Source of the DNA: Phaeosaccion multiseriatum
Taxonomy: Eukaryota; Protista; Ochrophyta, other classes
Reading direction: 5' to 3'
Assembly: GCA_965112735.1 (NCBI GenBank)
Contig: OZ218956.1
Span: forward strand, 3,878,976 to 3,942,975
DNA length: 64,000 nt
Under the pieces are notes generated by a model, which was not told where the DNA came from, made no database searches, and saw nothing but the letters and a program-made list of their open reading frames with translations. Made by a program: the position numbers and the translations under genes. This document shows, piece by piece, positions 38,001 to 50,973 of the stretch; position 1 is the first letter of the stretch, and each line of letters opens with the position of its first letter.

Positions 38001-41000
38001 GCCCTCAATCAGCTCCCTAAAGAAGGCCATCTGCTGCTTCTGCTGGGCCTGCTGCTGCTGCTCGTGGTACCCTCCGATGGGGGGCGAGGGCGAGCGGCTG
38101 CTTGAGCTTCCAACCGCAGCCCCCCCCGCGGCCGCCGACCTCCTCCCCTGGGCCAGCAGGGGCGACTGCATCCACTCGATGACACTTGGTGAGGCCTGCT
38201 CACCGTCCTTCTGCTGCTCCTTCCTTCTCTTTTGGGCTGCCACTGTCACTGCTGCGGCCGCCCCCGCCTCTTCGCCATCCACTGCCATCCCCCTCCTCTC
38301 CGCCAGAGCCAGTCTGGCGTTTCCCACCTCGCTTCCCTGGCAGGAGCCAATGCCGCCGCTGATGAGCCCTCCAAGCACCCTCCCCGCCAGGCAGGCCATG
38401 AGCGTGAGCAGCTGGTTCAGCTCAGCCACCACGAGCTTGCTGCTGCTCTCGCGTTCGGGCTCTGGCTCAGCCCCTCCTCCTCCCCCGTCGGGCCCCTCGG
38501 ACTCGCCTTCCCCCTCCTCCTCCAGCCTGCACTTGCCCTCGTCGGCGGCAGCCATTGCCCTGTGCAGCGGGTGCAGCAGCATCTCGCCCTTCTCCCCGAG
38601 CAGGTGCCACTGCGCCAGAGCTGCCAACACAGGCCGCAACAGCCCTCCCCTGCGCAGCAAAGCGCCCTCCCTCAGCCTCCGCAGCCACCTGTCTGCAGAG
38701 AAGGGGTAGGCCGCCTCCTCCTCGCCCTCCTCGCCCGCGCCGCTGAGGGCGTCCGCCGCCGCGTTGAGTAGCTCCACGGCGTGCAGCAGCACACACTCCT
38801 CGGGACAGCCCAGCGGCAAAGGCCTACAGCTGGCAGCGCTGGCCAAGGTCGTCGCTCTCGAAGAACAAGAGGCGGACGACGAAGGCTGCCTCTGCCCTTG
38901 CGTGTGCGTGCGCGTGTGAGCCTGCGTGGCGGGGGAGTTTGACGCCAGCGCAGACGCCATGGAAAACAGCGCCCACTCGCTGTCCCCGTCTTGACCTCCT
39001 CCTCCTCTCGGAGTGGGCGGCGCGTGCCCTGTCCCTGCCCCTCCGGCCCCGAAGCCTCTCAGCCCCCTGGAAACAAGACCACTCCCCTGGGAACCACCAA
39101 AGTCCTCCACAGGCACCACGCTGACTGCGTCACCCGGCTGGTGCAGTGCGAAGGCCGGGTAGAGCATGCCGTCCTCCGTGCCTGCGTAGAGCTCCGAGAA
39201 GGCCACACCGAAGTCTGCCTTCTCGCCTGTGACCCCGTTCACCGCCGCCACGCTCAGCCTGCCTGTGTCCGTGTCCAGGCTCATCTCCAGCGTGGCCCCC
39301 GCGGTCATGCGCTCCCCGTACCCGCTGCGGATGCGACCCCCCATGTGGTAAAGGTCCTGACTGACCAAGTAGCCCCAGCCGTGGCTGTCGCTGCCGAGGT
39401 ACTGGTCCAGCGCCACTTTGCGTGTGGCCACTCCGAGCAGCACATGCCCCCTGCGGTTGACCTTCTCAAGCCGCACCCTCCACCGGTGCACACCTGGCCA
39501 CATTACATTGCCAAGAGAGAGAGAGGGGGGGACAGGGTGAGAAAAGGCCGGTCCACATGTTGCCCTATCCTCTGTCCCTATGATGATGCATGTCTGCTTG
39601 CTTGCTTCGACTCGCGCTCCTCAGCGCGGCCCACTGAGCTCCTCCTCACCCCCCCACCCGCCCATCCACTACCATCCCCCGAACGAATTGCTCAAATCGC
39701 TCACTCACCTGTACCCATGGCGAAGCCCCCTCGGGCCAAGCCGACGCCCCAGCTGCGCATGGAGCCCTGCAGCAGCGCGAAGCCCCCACCGCCGCCCCCC
39801 GCCCCCCCGTCCACTGCCATGCCCCCGCCCCGCACTGCCTGCAGGTGAGGGCTGGTCATGGAAGGGTCTGGAGACATGGGCCCGATGCTACTCCGAGATC
39901 TCCTGCCACTGCTGCCTGCTCCCTCCGCCCCTGCGCCTCCGTCGTCTCCATCCTCCGCCCTCCCGCCCTTCGCTCCGTCCGCGTCGTCATCCAAGGCCGC
40001 GGGGCGGTGCTGACAAGCTGACCAGTCCCACTCGCGAAGGTTTCCGGTGTGCCCCAGGAAGCGGGGCCGACGGGAAGCGAGCGAGCCATCTGCTGCCATC
40101 CCCTCCCCGTCTGAACCTGTCGACAGAGCCCCCCCCCCTCCTCCGGTAACGGCGTCCTGCACCTTCTCCAAGAGGGCGAGCACAGCTTGCCTGCTGCTTC
40201 CTCCTCCCAGCTGTACCGCCCCCTCCTCCTCCTCCTCCTCCTCCTCCTCCTCCTCCTCCTCCTCCATCGCCACCACTGCTCTGAGCATGAGACTCATCAT
40301 CTGCGGCAGCTCGAAGCAGGCCTGCTCCTCCTCCACCTCCGAGGGCGGCGAGCCTGCCCTGTCCCATACACCTGCCCTTGCCCACCCCCCGCCGCCCCCA
40401 CCTCCTGCTCCGCCCCCTCCTGCTCCTCCTCCTCCTCCATGGTGAGCATAGAAGTGTTGGTAGAGACACTCAACGTCGCCGGGTGACAAGTGCCTCAGCA
40501 GTTGGGCCTCCGAAGCCGCCAGGAAAGCCCCGCCCTCCTCCTTCCACGTCGGAGAGCCCGCCTCCTTCATGTAGCGCAGAATCGCTGCTCGAGACGGTGG
40601 AGGCGGGCCATCCCCTACCCCCTCGTCCCCTTCTCCTCCTCCGCCTCCCTCGCCCTCCCTCGCCATGGCCGCAGCAACCTCTGCAGGGGTGTACCTGAGG
40701 GCCGCGCCAGCCCCCGCACCTGCCGTGGAGCCCGAAGAGGAGGACGTCGAGCCCAACCCGAGCCCCGAGCCTAACCCTAGCCGGTTCCCCGCACTGCTCC
40801 TGGAGCTGGTGCTAGTGCTGGTGCTGGTGTTGGTGGCGGCGTTTGAGTTGCTTTCCCCTGACTTGGGGTACTGTAGCACCTGCAAATCGTACACCACCCG
40901 CCCGCCACTGCCGTCCCCGCTCGGAAGTCGCTTCCCCCCTCCTTCCTCGCCGCCCTCGTCACCCGCGGCCCCGCCGGCTCGCCTTTCCTCTCCCTCCTCT

Positions 41001-41221
41001 TCCTCTTGTTCCTCGCTGCCATGGCAGGGCTCCACGACGCCCCAACGGTACACGTTGATGGCTCCAAGCCTCCACATGACCCGCAGAGCGTTGCCAGAGC
41101 AGCCTAAGCCCGATGTGCTGGCATTAAACCCGCCTCCGCTACCCCTCCTCGCTTCCGTGTCTTCTCCTCCGTTCTCTCCAACGCCTTCATCCGCCTCCTC
41201 TTTGTCCTCCGTCTCCTCCCC

Positions 41222-41264
<43 letters not shown>

Positions 41265-44200
41265 ATCGCCAACTGCTGCTGCAGTCGGCCGCGCCTCCCT
41301 TCCTGCTCCTCCCACCCGGTCACGGCCACAACGAGCCCATATGCCTGCACATCTCCCCCGCCCCCGTCCTGCTCCGCCCAGCGCCAGTCCGGCCCTCTCC
41401 TCACAACGTCCCCCACCCGGGGCAACACCTTCGGGCCATGTGCCCATCCACTGCCTTCAGACCCTTCCCCTGCAGTAGACGAAGCGGCCCGGCGCACCAT
41501 CATGTCGACAAAAGTGGGCACAGGGACTCCGCACACGGGCGGCCTTAGCAACGGAGGAACCAGCGCCGCGAAGAGCCCCTCGTCCGCCGTGAGAGCTCGG
41601 CACACAGCTCCGAGCACGACGCTGCGGATGCGCGGCTCCAGATCGGCCATGTACAAGAGAGAGCCCTCGTCGCCGTAGTAGGCCTCCGACTCGCTCTCGG
41701 ACTCTCTCGACGCGTCGGTCGCTCGGCGGGAGGAGCCCTGCGGGAGGGGCGACGGGGGGGGGGAGCACAATGTAGACACACACCAGAGGGGGAGTCGGGC
41801 TGTGAGTAGGGCAGATGGACCAAGTTCTCCTGCTCTCTCTCATTCTCTGTGCCAAGCAAGCCCACGGAACAAGTCGAGTCACAAAAGTGAACCGCTCCCG
41901 CCCCCCCACATACAAAGTCCTCCTCCTCACCCATTCTGCGACGGGGCCATCCTCGTCCTCGCCTCCTCCCTCCCTGAGCTGCGAGGCGAGCAGTGCGGTG
42001 AGTAGACCACGGAGGTCCGCCTCCTTGTAGAAGGTATCCATGCCCAACACGAGCACCTCCGCCGCCTCCTCCCGCACCGCCTGCTGCAGCCCGAGCAGAG
42101 CTACGCCCCGCCCCAGAGCAAGCACACCTGTGGGGTTAGGGGCACAAGATGGCAGCCGATGGTGGTACGTAAGTGGGAGAGAGTGGGTGAGTGAGCGAGT
42201 ACACAAGTGAGAGGGTGAGTGGATGAGTCAGTGGGTGAGTGATTGAGTGCGTGAGTGGGTGAGTGGGTGAGTGGGTGAGTGCGTAAGTGAGTGGGCGCAT
42301 GAGTGGGTGAGCGCGTGAGTGGATGTGTGCACGAGTGGGCAGCCTGAGGAAGGCAGAGAGGGACCAGACGTTACCCAAAACCCCAAGCATGCACCTACCT
42401 CCGATGATGTCTAGCAGCACGGAGAGCAGCCTAGCGCAGAGCGGCCTTTGGCTCTCAGCTCCCCCCTCCCCCTCCTCCCCCTCCTCGCCGCCTCCCTTGC
42501 CGGCCCCTGCCCCTGCCCCTTCCTCCAAGCCCATACCCAGACCTACGGCCCCCGGGGGGGTCTTGCTGGCCAGGAGGTGGTACAGGTTGGCACGGAGGAT
42601 GCGAAGCACCGCCAACACGGACAAAAACAGCCGCTGTATCACCAACTGCTGCACACCGCTGCTGCCCTCTCCATCCCCCTCGCTGCCCTCTCCGTCTCCC
42701 TCTCCCTCTCCGGCCTCGTAGTCAGGGCGGACGGCCTCCACCATCTGAGCAAGCTGCAGCAGGAGAGAGTGCAAAAGCAGGAAGGTGAGTCTGCAAGGCG
42801 CCACCACCGCCCGAAGCGGCTTCTCGAGGCGCCGCACAGTTTGCAGCTGCTCCTTCGCTCTGCTGGCCCCACCGCCCCCGCCGCGACTGCCGCCCCGTCC
42901 ACTGCCATCCCCAGAGAGAAGCAGCAAACCGGCGCGGTCCAGCAGCTCGCTTCCGTCTCCGCAAGGTGAGAGGTAGGCGGTGCTGTTTCGCATGAGATGG
43001 CCCAGCAGGGCCAGCAAGGCCTCGGAGTCTGTAAGCTGCTGCTGATTCTCCAGCTGCTCTGCCCCACCCTTCCCCATGGCCGCCGCTCGGGCCGCATACA
43101 AGGCCGCTGCTTGGGGTGGGTGGCACTCCTGCTCCTCGTCCTCCTCCTCCTTCTCCTCAGAGCCAGTCCCGGCCCCCTCCCCTCCTTCTGGCGGTCCGGC
43201 GGCGCTCCCCTCGCTCGTCAACGCAGACGCTGACGCAGACGCTGACGGAGGAGCCCCTGGCAGCAGGGAAGACGCAAAGCACTCCACCCACCGCGCGTCG
43301 CCGCTCAGCGCCGCATGTCCACTGCCATCCCCCGGCCCCGGGCACGCATTGGCCAGCGTCCTTCCCGCTCCCTCTTCGCACTTGTACAGCACCACGAGGG
43401 AGAGGTCGTGCTCCATCCCGCCCCCTCCTCCGCCCGCGCCCCTGCCCACGAAGCGCTGGATGTCGCTCTCCCCCCAGGCGCACCGCCACACACGCACGCA
43501 CGCAATGTCGCCATGAAAGAAGGCCTCTCCCTCGCCGCCACTGCTACCCGTATGGCCGCTGCTTGACAGTACCGCCATGTCCAGCAGCGTAGCCCCGACC
43601 ACGAGGGGGTCCCGGCCCTCCTCTTCGGGGGAAGCGGCGTCGGCGTCGGCCACAGGCTCCTCCTGGCTGGGCTCTTGCTTTCCCTCCTGCTTCTTCTCCT
43701 TCTCCTTCTCCTCTTTCTTGTCTTGGGCCACCGCCCCCCCCTCCTTGCCCCGCTTGGGCCTCTCCGCTTCTCCCCCCGCCCCTCTACAGGCGTGCACAAG
43801 CTTCCCGTCCACGTAGAAGACCACGCTGTCGCCTCTGCCCAGCGCCACCCCGCCCCCGCTGCCCACCAGGCTTACTGCCACAGACAGGTGATGCCACCCT
43901 CCGCCGTCGGGGTCTCCCTTGCTCAGGGCTCCGTCGGACGTCTCGTAGACCGCGCGCTGCAGAGGAGGGAGGGGGGGGTATCGACATCGATGTGTTCGAC
44001 ATTCATTCGAGGTTAATAAACTGAAACTGAAACTGACCAGTCACGGAGTGAGCAGGCCGCCCGCCCACTCATCCGTAGACAACAACCAACAAGTCCTCCC
44101 CTCTCCTCTCTTCTCTTCTCTGCCCTGTCCGCCTCCTGACCCTCACCTCCTTCAACTAACTCACCTCCCCCTCCTTGTTCCTCAGCTCGAGCTTTAAGCG

Positions 44201-47200
44201 CGTCCCGTCGATCCCGGCCAGGCTCCAGCAGAAGCCTCTCCCCTGGCCTCTCCCCTGACTTACTAGCGTTCCCCCTGACTTGGTAGCATCCCCTCTGACA
44301 AGGGCCTCCAGCGTAAAGACCTTCTCCTCGCACACCGTGAGTGGAGCCCGTTTCGTCAGAGCCTTGCCCGCCCCACCGAAGCGCACGCAGCGATGCACTG
44401 CCGATTGCGACACGGGCATGATGGGCCTCGGCGGCTGAGGCTTTGAGGTGCGGGAAGAAGACACAGACGAAGAGGCAGAAGAAGCAGACGGAGGTGGCGG
44501 AGAGAGCACCGCACCCACCAGGTTGCTGCCCGCAATGCTGCTGCGAAGGAGCTTACTTCGCACGCTGCCGCTGCCGCTGCCGCTGACGCTGCTGCTGACG
44601 CTACCACCGACGCTGCCACCACCGCCGCTGATGCTGCCGTTGCTGCTGCTGCGGCTCACACTGCGACTCAAACCTCCGCCGCTGCTCTGGCGGATGGCAA
44701 GCGCAGCCACTGCCGCGTGTCCGTGTCAGGGCGGGGGATGATCGAGAGGCATACGGGCAAGGCCAAAGGATGGGGGGGAAGAGACAGGCTCAGGTGAGAG
44801 CAGGCCAGGAAGGGCATGACCGGCAAAGAGGCGTCATAGCACAAAAGACGCACCCCTCCCCCCTCCCTCAGGCCCTGCACCAGCCCTGCCCATACGCCTC
44901 CATAGCTTGCTTACCTTCGGTCGCAGCAGAAGTCGCAGCCGCAGCAAGCCCAGAAACAGAGCTTCCACCCCCGAGCAGCACCAGCCCGGGGGGGGGGTGG
45001 GCGAAGGGAGCGTCCCCAATGTTGACCCTCACCCCGTCCGCCAGACACTGACAGCTGAACGCGGGAAAGAAGCCCTCATAGCTATCCTCCCCTAGGTCTC
45101 TTGGCTCCTTCACCAGGCCCTTCACCAGGCCTCTAAACACCGGTGCCCCCATGGGTCCGTCCGCCGCCCCCCCGCACACGGGCTCTCCGTTTACAGTCAC
45201 GTACATGGCGCCAGCTTTTGCCCCCTCCGCCTCCGCCTCCAGGTCCAGCAGACAGCCCACGACAACGCCGGCCCCCCAGGGCAGGGGTGGGGCCGGTGGT
45301 CGCTGCGGAAGGTCGGCGCTTTCTTCTTCGCCTTCCTTCCTCTCTGCCTCTTCCCCCCCGCCCTCTTTCTGCTCCTCTTGTTCGGCCGGAAGGGGAAGCG
45401 GAGGGGCAGGCTCGACGTGGCGTTTCACCTCTGTTGCCCCTTCCTCCTCCTCCGCCACGCTTGACGAAGAAACATCGCGGAACAGTCCGCGCAGACCAAG
45501 AAAGCCTCCGCCATCCTCGTCGTCGTCGTCGTCCTCTGCCTCCTCCTCCTCCTCCTCCTCCTCCTCCTCCTCCTCCTCCTGGTCCTCCTCCCCTGTGGTC
45601 CCATCCAGCCCCGCCTTGAGCTTCTTTCGCTCCCGCTGACGGCGGCAACAAGGAGGAGCACACAACAAAGAAGACGCGATCAATAAAAGCGACAGCTCCA
45701 GTCTGGAGAAAGAGAGAGCAGGGTCTCCAGCACAGACGTACGTTGCTACAGATGACCTGCTCCTAGACTTACCTCCGCCTTGTCTCTCTCCTTGGCCCGG
45801 GCGGCCTCCTCGCCTCTCGTCCTCTTGAGACTCGCCGCTTGGTGGTAGCCCTTGCCAGAGCGGAAGCCGTTGAAGCCCCACGAAGCCCCGTCCACTCCAA
45901 CCTGCTCCACGTCGTCCTCCTTGACCTTGCTCTTCTCTTTCTCCTTCTCCGTCCCCTCCCCGTCGTCCACCTCCACGCCAGCACTGCTGCTGCTGCTGCT
46001 GTAGCTGCTGAATCCCCCGTCGGCCCTGACCCATCCAATGCGTGTCCCCTTGCTGCTTCCGATGAGCGTGGCCTCGAAGTAGTACCTTCCCCCGGGGGGT
46101 GCTCTGGCCAGGACCCCTCCCACCCGGCCGCAGAACTACCGCAGCATGGGGTATACAGTATACAAGTATAGGGGACAGTGGGGTTGGGGGGGGGGGTATG
46201 GCGTACCGTTAGAGACGGAGACTTCATTACCCCCGAACCTCCCTCCCACTGTCTCTGTCTATGTACTCTCTACCCATATGCCTGTCCTGATCCCCCCCCC
46301 GCCACTCACCTCGCCCCTTGCCTCCATGCGGCCCCGCACGTCACGCTTGCCGTGAAGGACGGTGAGGCTGGGCCTGCCTCTCAGTGCGCGCATACGCTCC
46401 CTGTGCCTCTGCCTGGCCAGCAGCCGCAGCACGTCGGGCCATTGGCTCATGCGCACACTCAGCAGAGGCCGGAGAAGAGGGGCAGGCAAGACCAGCCCCC
46501 TTTTGCCGTCCTGAGGGCAAAAAAGGCAGGGGAAGGAGGAGACGGGGAAGGCAAGGAAAGTGTCTTTGAGGGTGGGGAGAGATACCATTGACTGCCATAA
46601 CGTCAACGGATGGGCAGAGACCACACACTTACCACGCTGCACAGCAGGCACTTGGCCAGGATGAGGGCGGAGGGCAGGAAGCCATCCTGCAGCCCCACCA
46701 GCCCCACTAGCTTCGTCAGCTCCACCGCCTCGTCCAGAGGGGCCTCTAGCTGCTGCTGCTGCTGCTGCTGTTGCTGTTGCTCCGCCTCCTCCTGCTGCTG
46801 CTCCATGGCCTTTGCGCTAAGGTTGCTGCTGCTACCGCTGCTGCCCCGCTGCTTGCCCAGTCGCTTGCTGCGGGACTTGCTGCCAGCCTGCTTTGGGGGC
46901 AGCAGTAGCGGATCCAGCTTGAGCGCACGGTAGAGAAGGGGGTCCTTCTCCTGCTCCAACACGGTGGCCAGAAGGGCGTCGAAGAGGCGGGGATCCACCC
47001 ACCCCCCTGCTGCTGCGGGCGCTGCTGGCACGACGCGGTCCCTCTCTCGTAGAGCGGAAGCCACCCTGCGGAGATTGCTCTCGGTGAGGGGCTCGGGGGT
47101 GGCTGCTGTGATGCGACGGCCCCCCTCTTCCCCCTCTTTTCTTGGCTGTTCTGCCTGCTTTCCCCCCCGCTCCTGCCGTGGAGGGGGCTGCGGCGGCGCC

Positions 47201-47576
47201 AAGATTCCAGTCTCCAGAAGCGCCCCCAGAGCCTCTACTGTGTCTGACCTCTCGCATATCTACATCAGGCGAGAGGGGGGGGGGTCAAAGGCCCAAAAAG
47301 GGGAACCGAACGTTGAGGGCAGGGGTGGGACCAATCAGGGAAGGGGAGGAAGGAACAAACAAATCCAAAGCATTCCCAGGCGGATGCTACGCGAACGGTA
47401 GTAGCGCAGCGCCCTCAGAGTCGCGATGCAGCCCCCCCACTTCCTCCCCAGCCTTTCCCATGCGCAACAACCACCGCCTTGCTTCCGTCCAATTGAAGTG
47501 CTCTCACCTTGGTCAGCTCTATAATGCGGCGGTGGTCGCCCCCACCGGACTGCGGAAAGCCGCCGGGGGTTGCCAT
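20332..47576 (-). CDS. Giant HERC-like HECT E3 ubiquitin ligase (about 17 exons, roughly 7,500-8,000 aa): SPRY x4, LamG/ConA-like x2, MIB_HERC2, UBA, SH3-like repeats, MORN, HECT
   Basis: HECT motifs FYVKFRGEGVDDHGGPYR, LFTPEEAEALFCG, VQFLWEVL..FVNFCSGRSRLP and catalytic LPVAQTCFFSLALPRYSS (~20450-20490). MIB_HERC2 VGDVVRRGPDWRWAEQDGG (~41400). UBA MAEMGFPLSWCRRALLETGGDIEAALNWIL (~33580-33680). SPRY motifs GRYYFEA (46080), GVHRWRVRL (39480), GKWLWEW (26880) and GVHYWEVRVD (24350). MORN-like FEGEWTEGRRRGEG. Candidate start MATPGGF at 47576. No RCC1 repeats were recognised. Confidence 0.85.
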
Positions 47577-48244
47577 GGCGTTGGAGGCCCGCAAACGTGA
47601 GTCGCTTGACCAGGACTGCAACTCTTTAAGGTCGCATTGCTGCTCCGCTGCCTGCTTTTTGCCTCTTTTGGTTATTGCCAAATGCCATCGATTTGGAGTT
47701 TCCGTTTGATGGCCGAGGAGGTACGTTCCGCTGATGTGTGGGAAAGTTGAAAGGAGCAAAAAAAAAAGCACCAGGATCGCAGCAGCAGCAGCCGCAGGTC
47801 AGCTGTACCCATTCGTTTTCCCTCTCTCTGTCAACACCCGGCTATCGAAAGGTTTCAGCCGCCTCTGTAGATTGCACTCTTTTCTGGTATTGTATTGGCA
47901 CGCCCTACAATTGTGCTCATCTTCTCTCCTCGGGCAAGGCTTGCAAGACCGTGTGGGGGGGTTCAGAGGGAGCGGGGAGATACAACTGCTGCAGCCGGAG
48001 CCTCGAATACTCAGACTGGGAAGCGGAGCGGGGGCTGGGAACTCTCCTCAGGGAGGGTGGGGTCATTCTCAAGGTAGGCCGGTTGAAGGGAGCTGGGAGG
48101 CGACGGGGCCGGGGGATGCCCCCCTCGGACTGTGCACAGGAGTGCATCGGATCTATGTAGAGGGCGCGTCGAGCGCCAGCAGCAGCAGCAGCAGTAGCTC
48201 CATACCTTCGGGCTTGGCCTTCGTTCTGGCTTCGAAGCGAACCT
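47577..48244. promoter_or_regulatory. Divergent intergenic region, candidate bidirectional promoter (HECT ligase / MYB)
   Basis: Head-to-head starts ~670 bp apart, with a more AT-rich core around 47650-47920. Confidence 0.4.
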
Positions 48245-49155
48245 ATGGCGGCGCAGGAGAACGGGCTCCCGATGCCGTCGCAACCCCCACGCGCCGATGG
48301 GTTCGTTCTCCCCCTATTAGACCCGGGAGTGGAGGAGGTAAGGAAGGGAGGAAGTGACCGAGAAGCCCCGCTGGACAGCTCCATACTTTTTGCAGTGTGT
48401 GTGACCCCGCCATTCCCCCCCGTCCCATCCCCTGCCCATTGTCTGCAGCAGGTGAGCTACCGCCGACTTGGCGGCGTGTATAAGTGGGAGAAGTGGGAGG
48501 ACGAGAGGCTGCGCATGGTGGTAGAGGCCAACGGGGGCAAGAACTGGAGGCACATTGCCGAGAGCCTGGGCACGCAACGCAACGACGTACAGTGTCTGCA
48601 CCGCTGGAACGAGGTGGTCAAGCCAGGCCTACACAAGGGCCCGTGGACCAAGGACGAGGACGAGGTGCGTACGTTGTCGCTGTCGTTGTCATTGTCGCTG
48701 TTGTTGTGGTTGTCGTTGTCGTTCGCGGCGTGGGCCCTCCTTCTTGCCCCCCCCCAGTCGCTCAATAGGCCGTTGGACCAGCGTGTGTGTGCCTCACTCT
48801 CTCCCCTCCGTTTGTCTCCTTAGATACTCAGCAGGTGTGTGGAGAAGAGCACTGACGTGCACCGCATCAAATGGGCGGGTGTGGCGGACCTGCTGCCCGG
48901 CAGGTTCGGCAAGCAGTGCAGGGAGCGATGGTTTAATCACCTCGCGCCCAGCATCAAGAAGGGCGCGTGGGAGCCGGAGGAGGACGACATCCTCTTCGGA
49001 GCGCAGCAGGTTGGTGCCTTGCTATGGGCTGTTTTGGAGGCCTATGGGCAGGCAGGCTGGGGTTCGGGAGGGGAGGCCACTTCTGTCTGTCGTGTCATGG
49101 ATCCTGTGTGCAGGCGGCGCTCCTCCTCCTTCTCCTCCTCCTCCTCCTCCTCCTC

Positions 49156-49236
<81 letters not shown>

Positions 49237-49237
49237 T

Positions 49238-49287
<50 letters not shown>

Positions 49288-49294
49288 GTAGTAT

Positions 49295-49329
<35 letters not shown>

Positions 49330-49340
49330 CTACTACTACT

Positions 49341-49400
<60 letters not shown>

Positions 49401-50939
49401 CTATTCCTCCTCCTCCACCTCCACCTCCACCTCCTCCTTCTCCTCCTCCTCCTCTTCCTCCTCCACCTCCTCCTCCTCCTCCACCTCCACCTCCACCTCC
49501 ACCTCCTCCTTCTCCTCCTTCTCCTCCTTCTCCTCCTCCTCCTCCTCCTCCTCCTCCTCCTCCTCCTCCTCCTCCTCCTCCTCCTCCTCCTCCTCCTCCA
49601 CCTCCTCCTCCTCCTCCTCCTCCTCCTCCTCCTCCTCCTCCTCCTCCTCCTCCTCCTCCTCCTCCTCCTCCTCCTCCTCCTCCTCCTCTTCTTCCACCTC
49701 CACCTCCTCGTTCTCCTCCTTCTCCTCCTCCTCCTCCTCCTCCTCCTCCTCCTCCTCCTCCTCCTCACACGAACAGTCTGCGTTGTCTTGTCGCCCGCAG
49801 CTCATCGGCAATCGCTGGGCAGAAATCGCTCGGCTGCTCAAGGGCCGGCCCGAGAACATGGTCAAGAACCGCTTCAACAGCACCTCCAGGTGAGAGAGTG
49901 AGTTCGGCAGGCAGCACTACTCAGAGTGTATAGTGTCGGTGGAGTAAATGATGGCGGGTGCGGCTCGTCTCCTCCTTGTCTCATACACTCTCCCCCCTCC
50001 CCCCACCCACCACACCCCCCGGTGTGCCGACACACACACACACACACACACACATACGCACCTTCAGACGCAAGTGGGACCGGTCCTCGGAAGCCGTGTT
50101 GGACAAGGTGCGGCGCTTGCTCGCAGAGGCGGACAGGGACCACACAAAAGCACCGGATAGGGAGATTATTGTAACGGCGGCGACGGCGGCGGGGGGGGGG
50201 GGAGGACGGCGGAGTCCTGACAAGGACAGGCGGCGGGACAGTTCGTGTGAGGAGCTTGCTGGCATGGGCTTTGTTGGGGCCCCAACGGACGATGTGGAGG
50301 GGGGGGACCCAAGCAGGCGGTCTCCGGCGGGGCCCACTAGCCGAGTTGGTGATACAGCAGCAGCAGCAGCGGCAGCAGCAGCAGGGGGAGGAGGAGGTTC
50401 GAGGGCAGGGGCATTGTTAGAGGTAGGAGGGTCGGGGACAGGAGTAAGCCGGATACAAAGCAGTAGGCCGCCTCCGCTCTCCGTGGATCGCTCAGGGCGA
50501 GGTGGGCCGATGGCTGAGTCGGCGGCAGGAGGGGCGGGGCGCTCCTCGTCCTCGTCCACGTCAGACTCCCTGGCTGCGCTGCTGCTGCTGAAGACACCGA
50601 CCTCGGAGGCCGGAGCCGGAGAAGGCGGGGGAGGGGGAGAGGGAGGAGTAGTAGGAGGAGGAGTAAGACGAGGAGGAGTAGCAAGAGAAGGAGGAGGAGA
50701 AGGAGGAGGAGGAGGAGGAGGAGGAGGAGGAGGAGGAGGAAGGCCCATGTCTCCCGTATCGCAGGCAGTCATGGCTGCGCGGGAGACCATGCCCCGTGTG
50801 TCCCCCTCTGAGAACATTCCCCTGGACATGATGCGCTACTTCCACTACCTCAACGACGACGCACAGTACAACATCATGCGGCAGCTCGTCAACAAGATGG
50901 CGGACACGGCCATTGATGAAGGGGGCAAGGAGGAGGCGG

Positions 50940-50973
<34 letters not shown>

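Noticed and set aside
693-47600. Numerous long antisense or alternative-frame ORFs overlapping the main genes
   Set aside because: Expected in GC-rich, triplet-repeat-rich coding DNA; no recognisable domains.
48839-49901. Poly-Tyr, poly-Leu, poly-Thr, poly-Glu and poly-Arg ORFs
   Set aside because: They are translations of the intronic microsatellite; the MYB R3 repeat splices cleanly across it.
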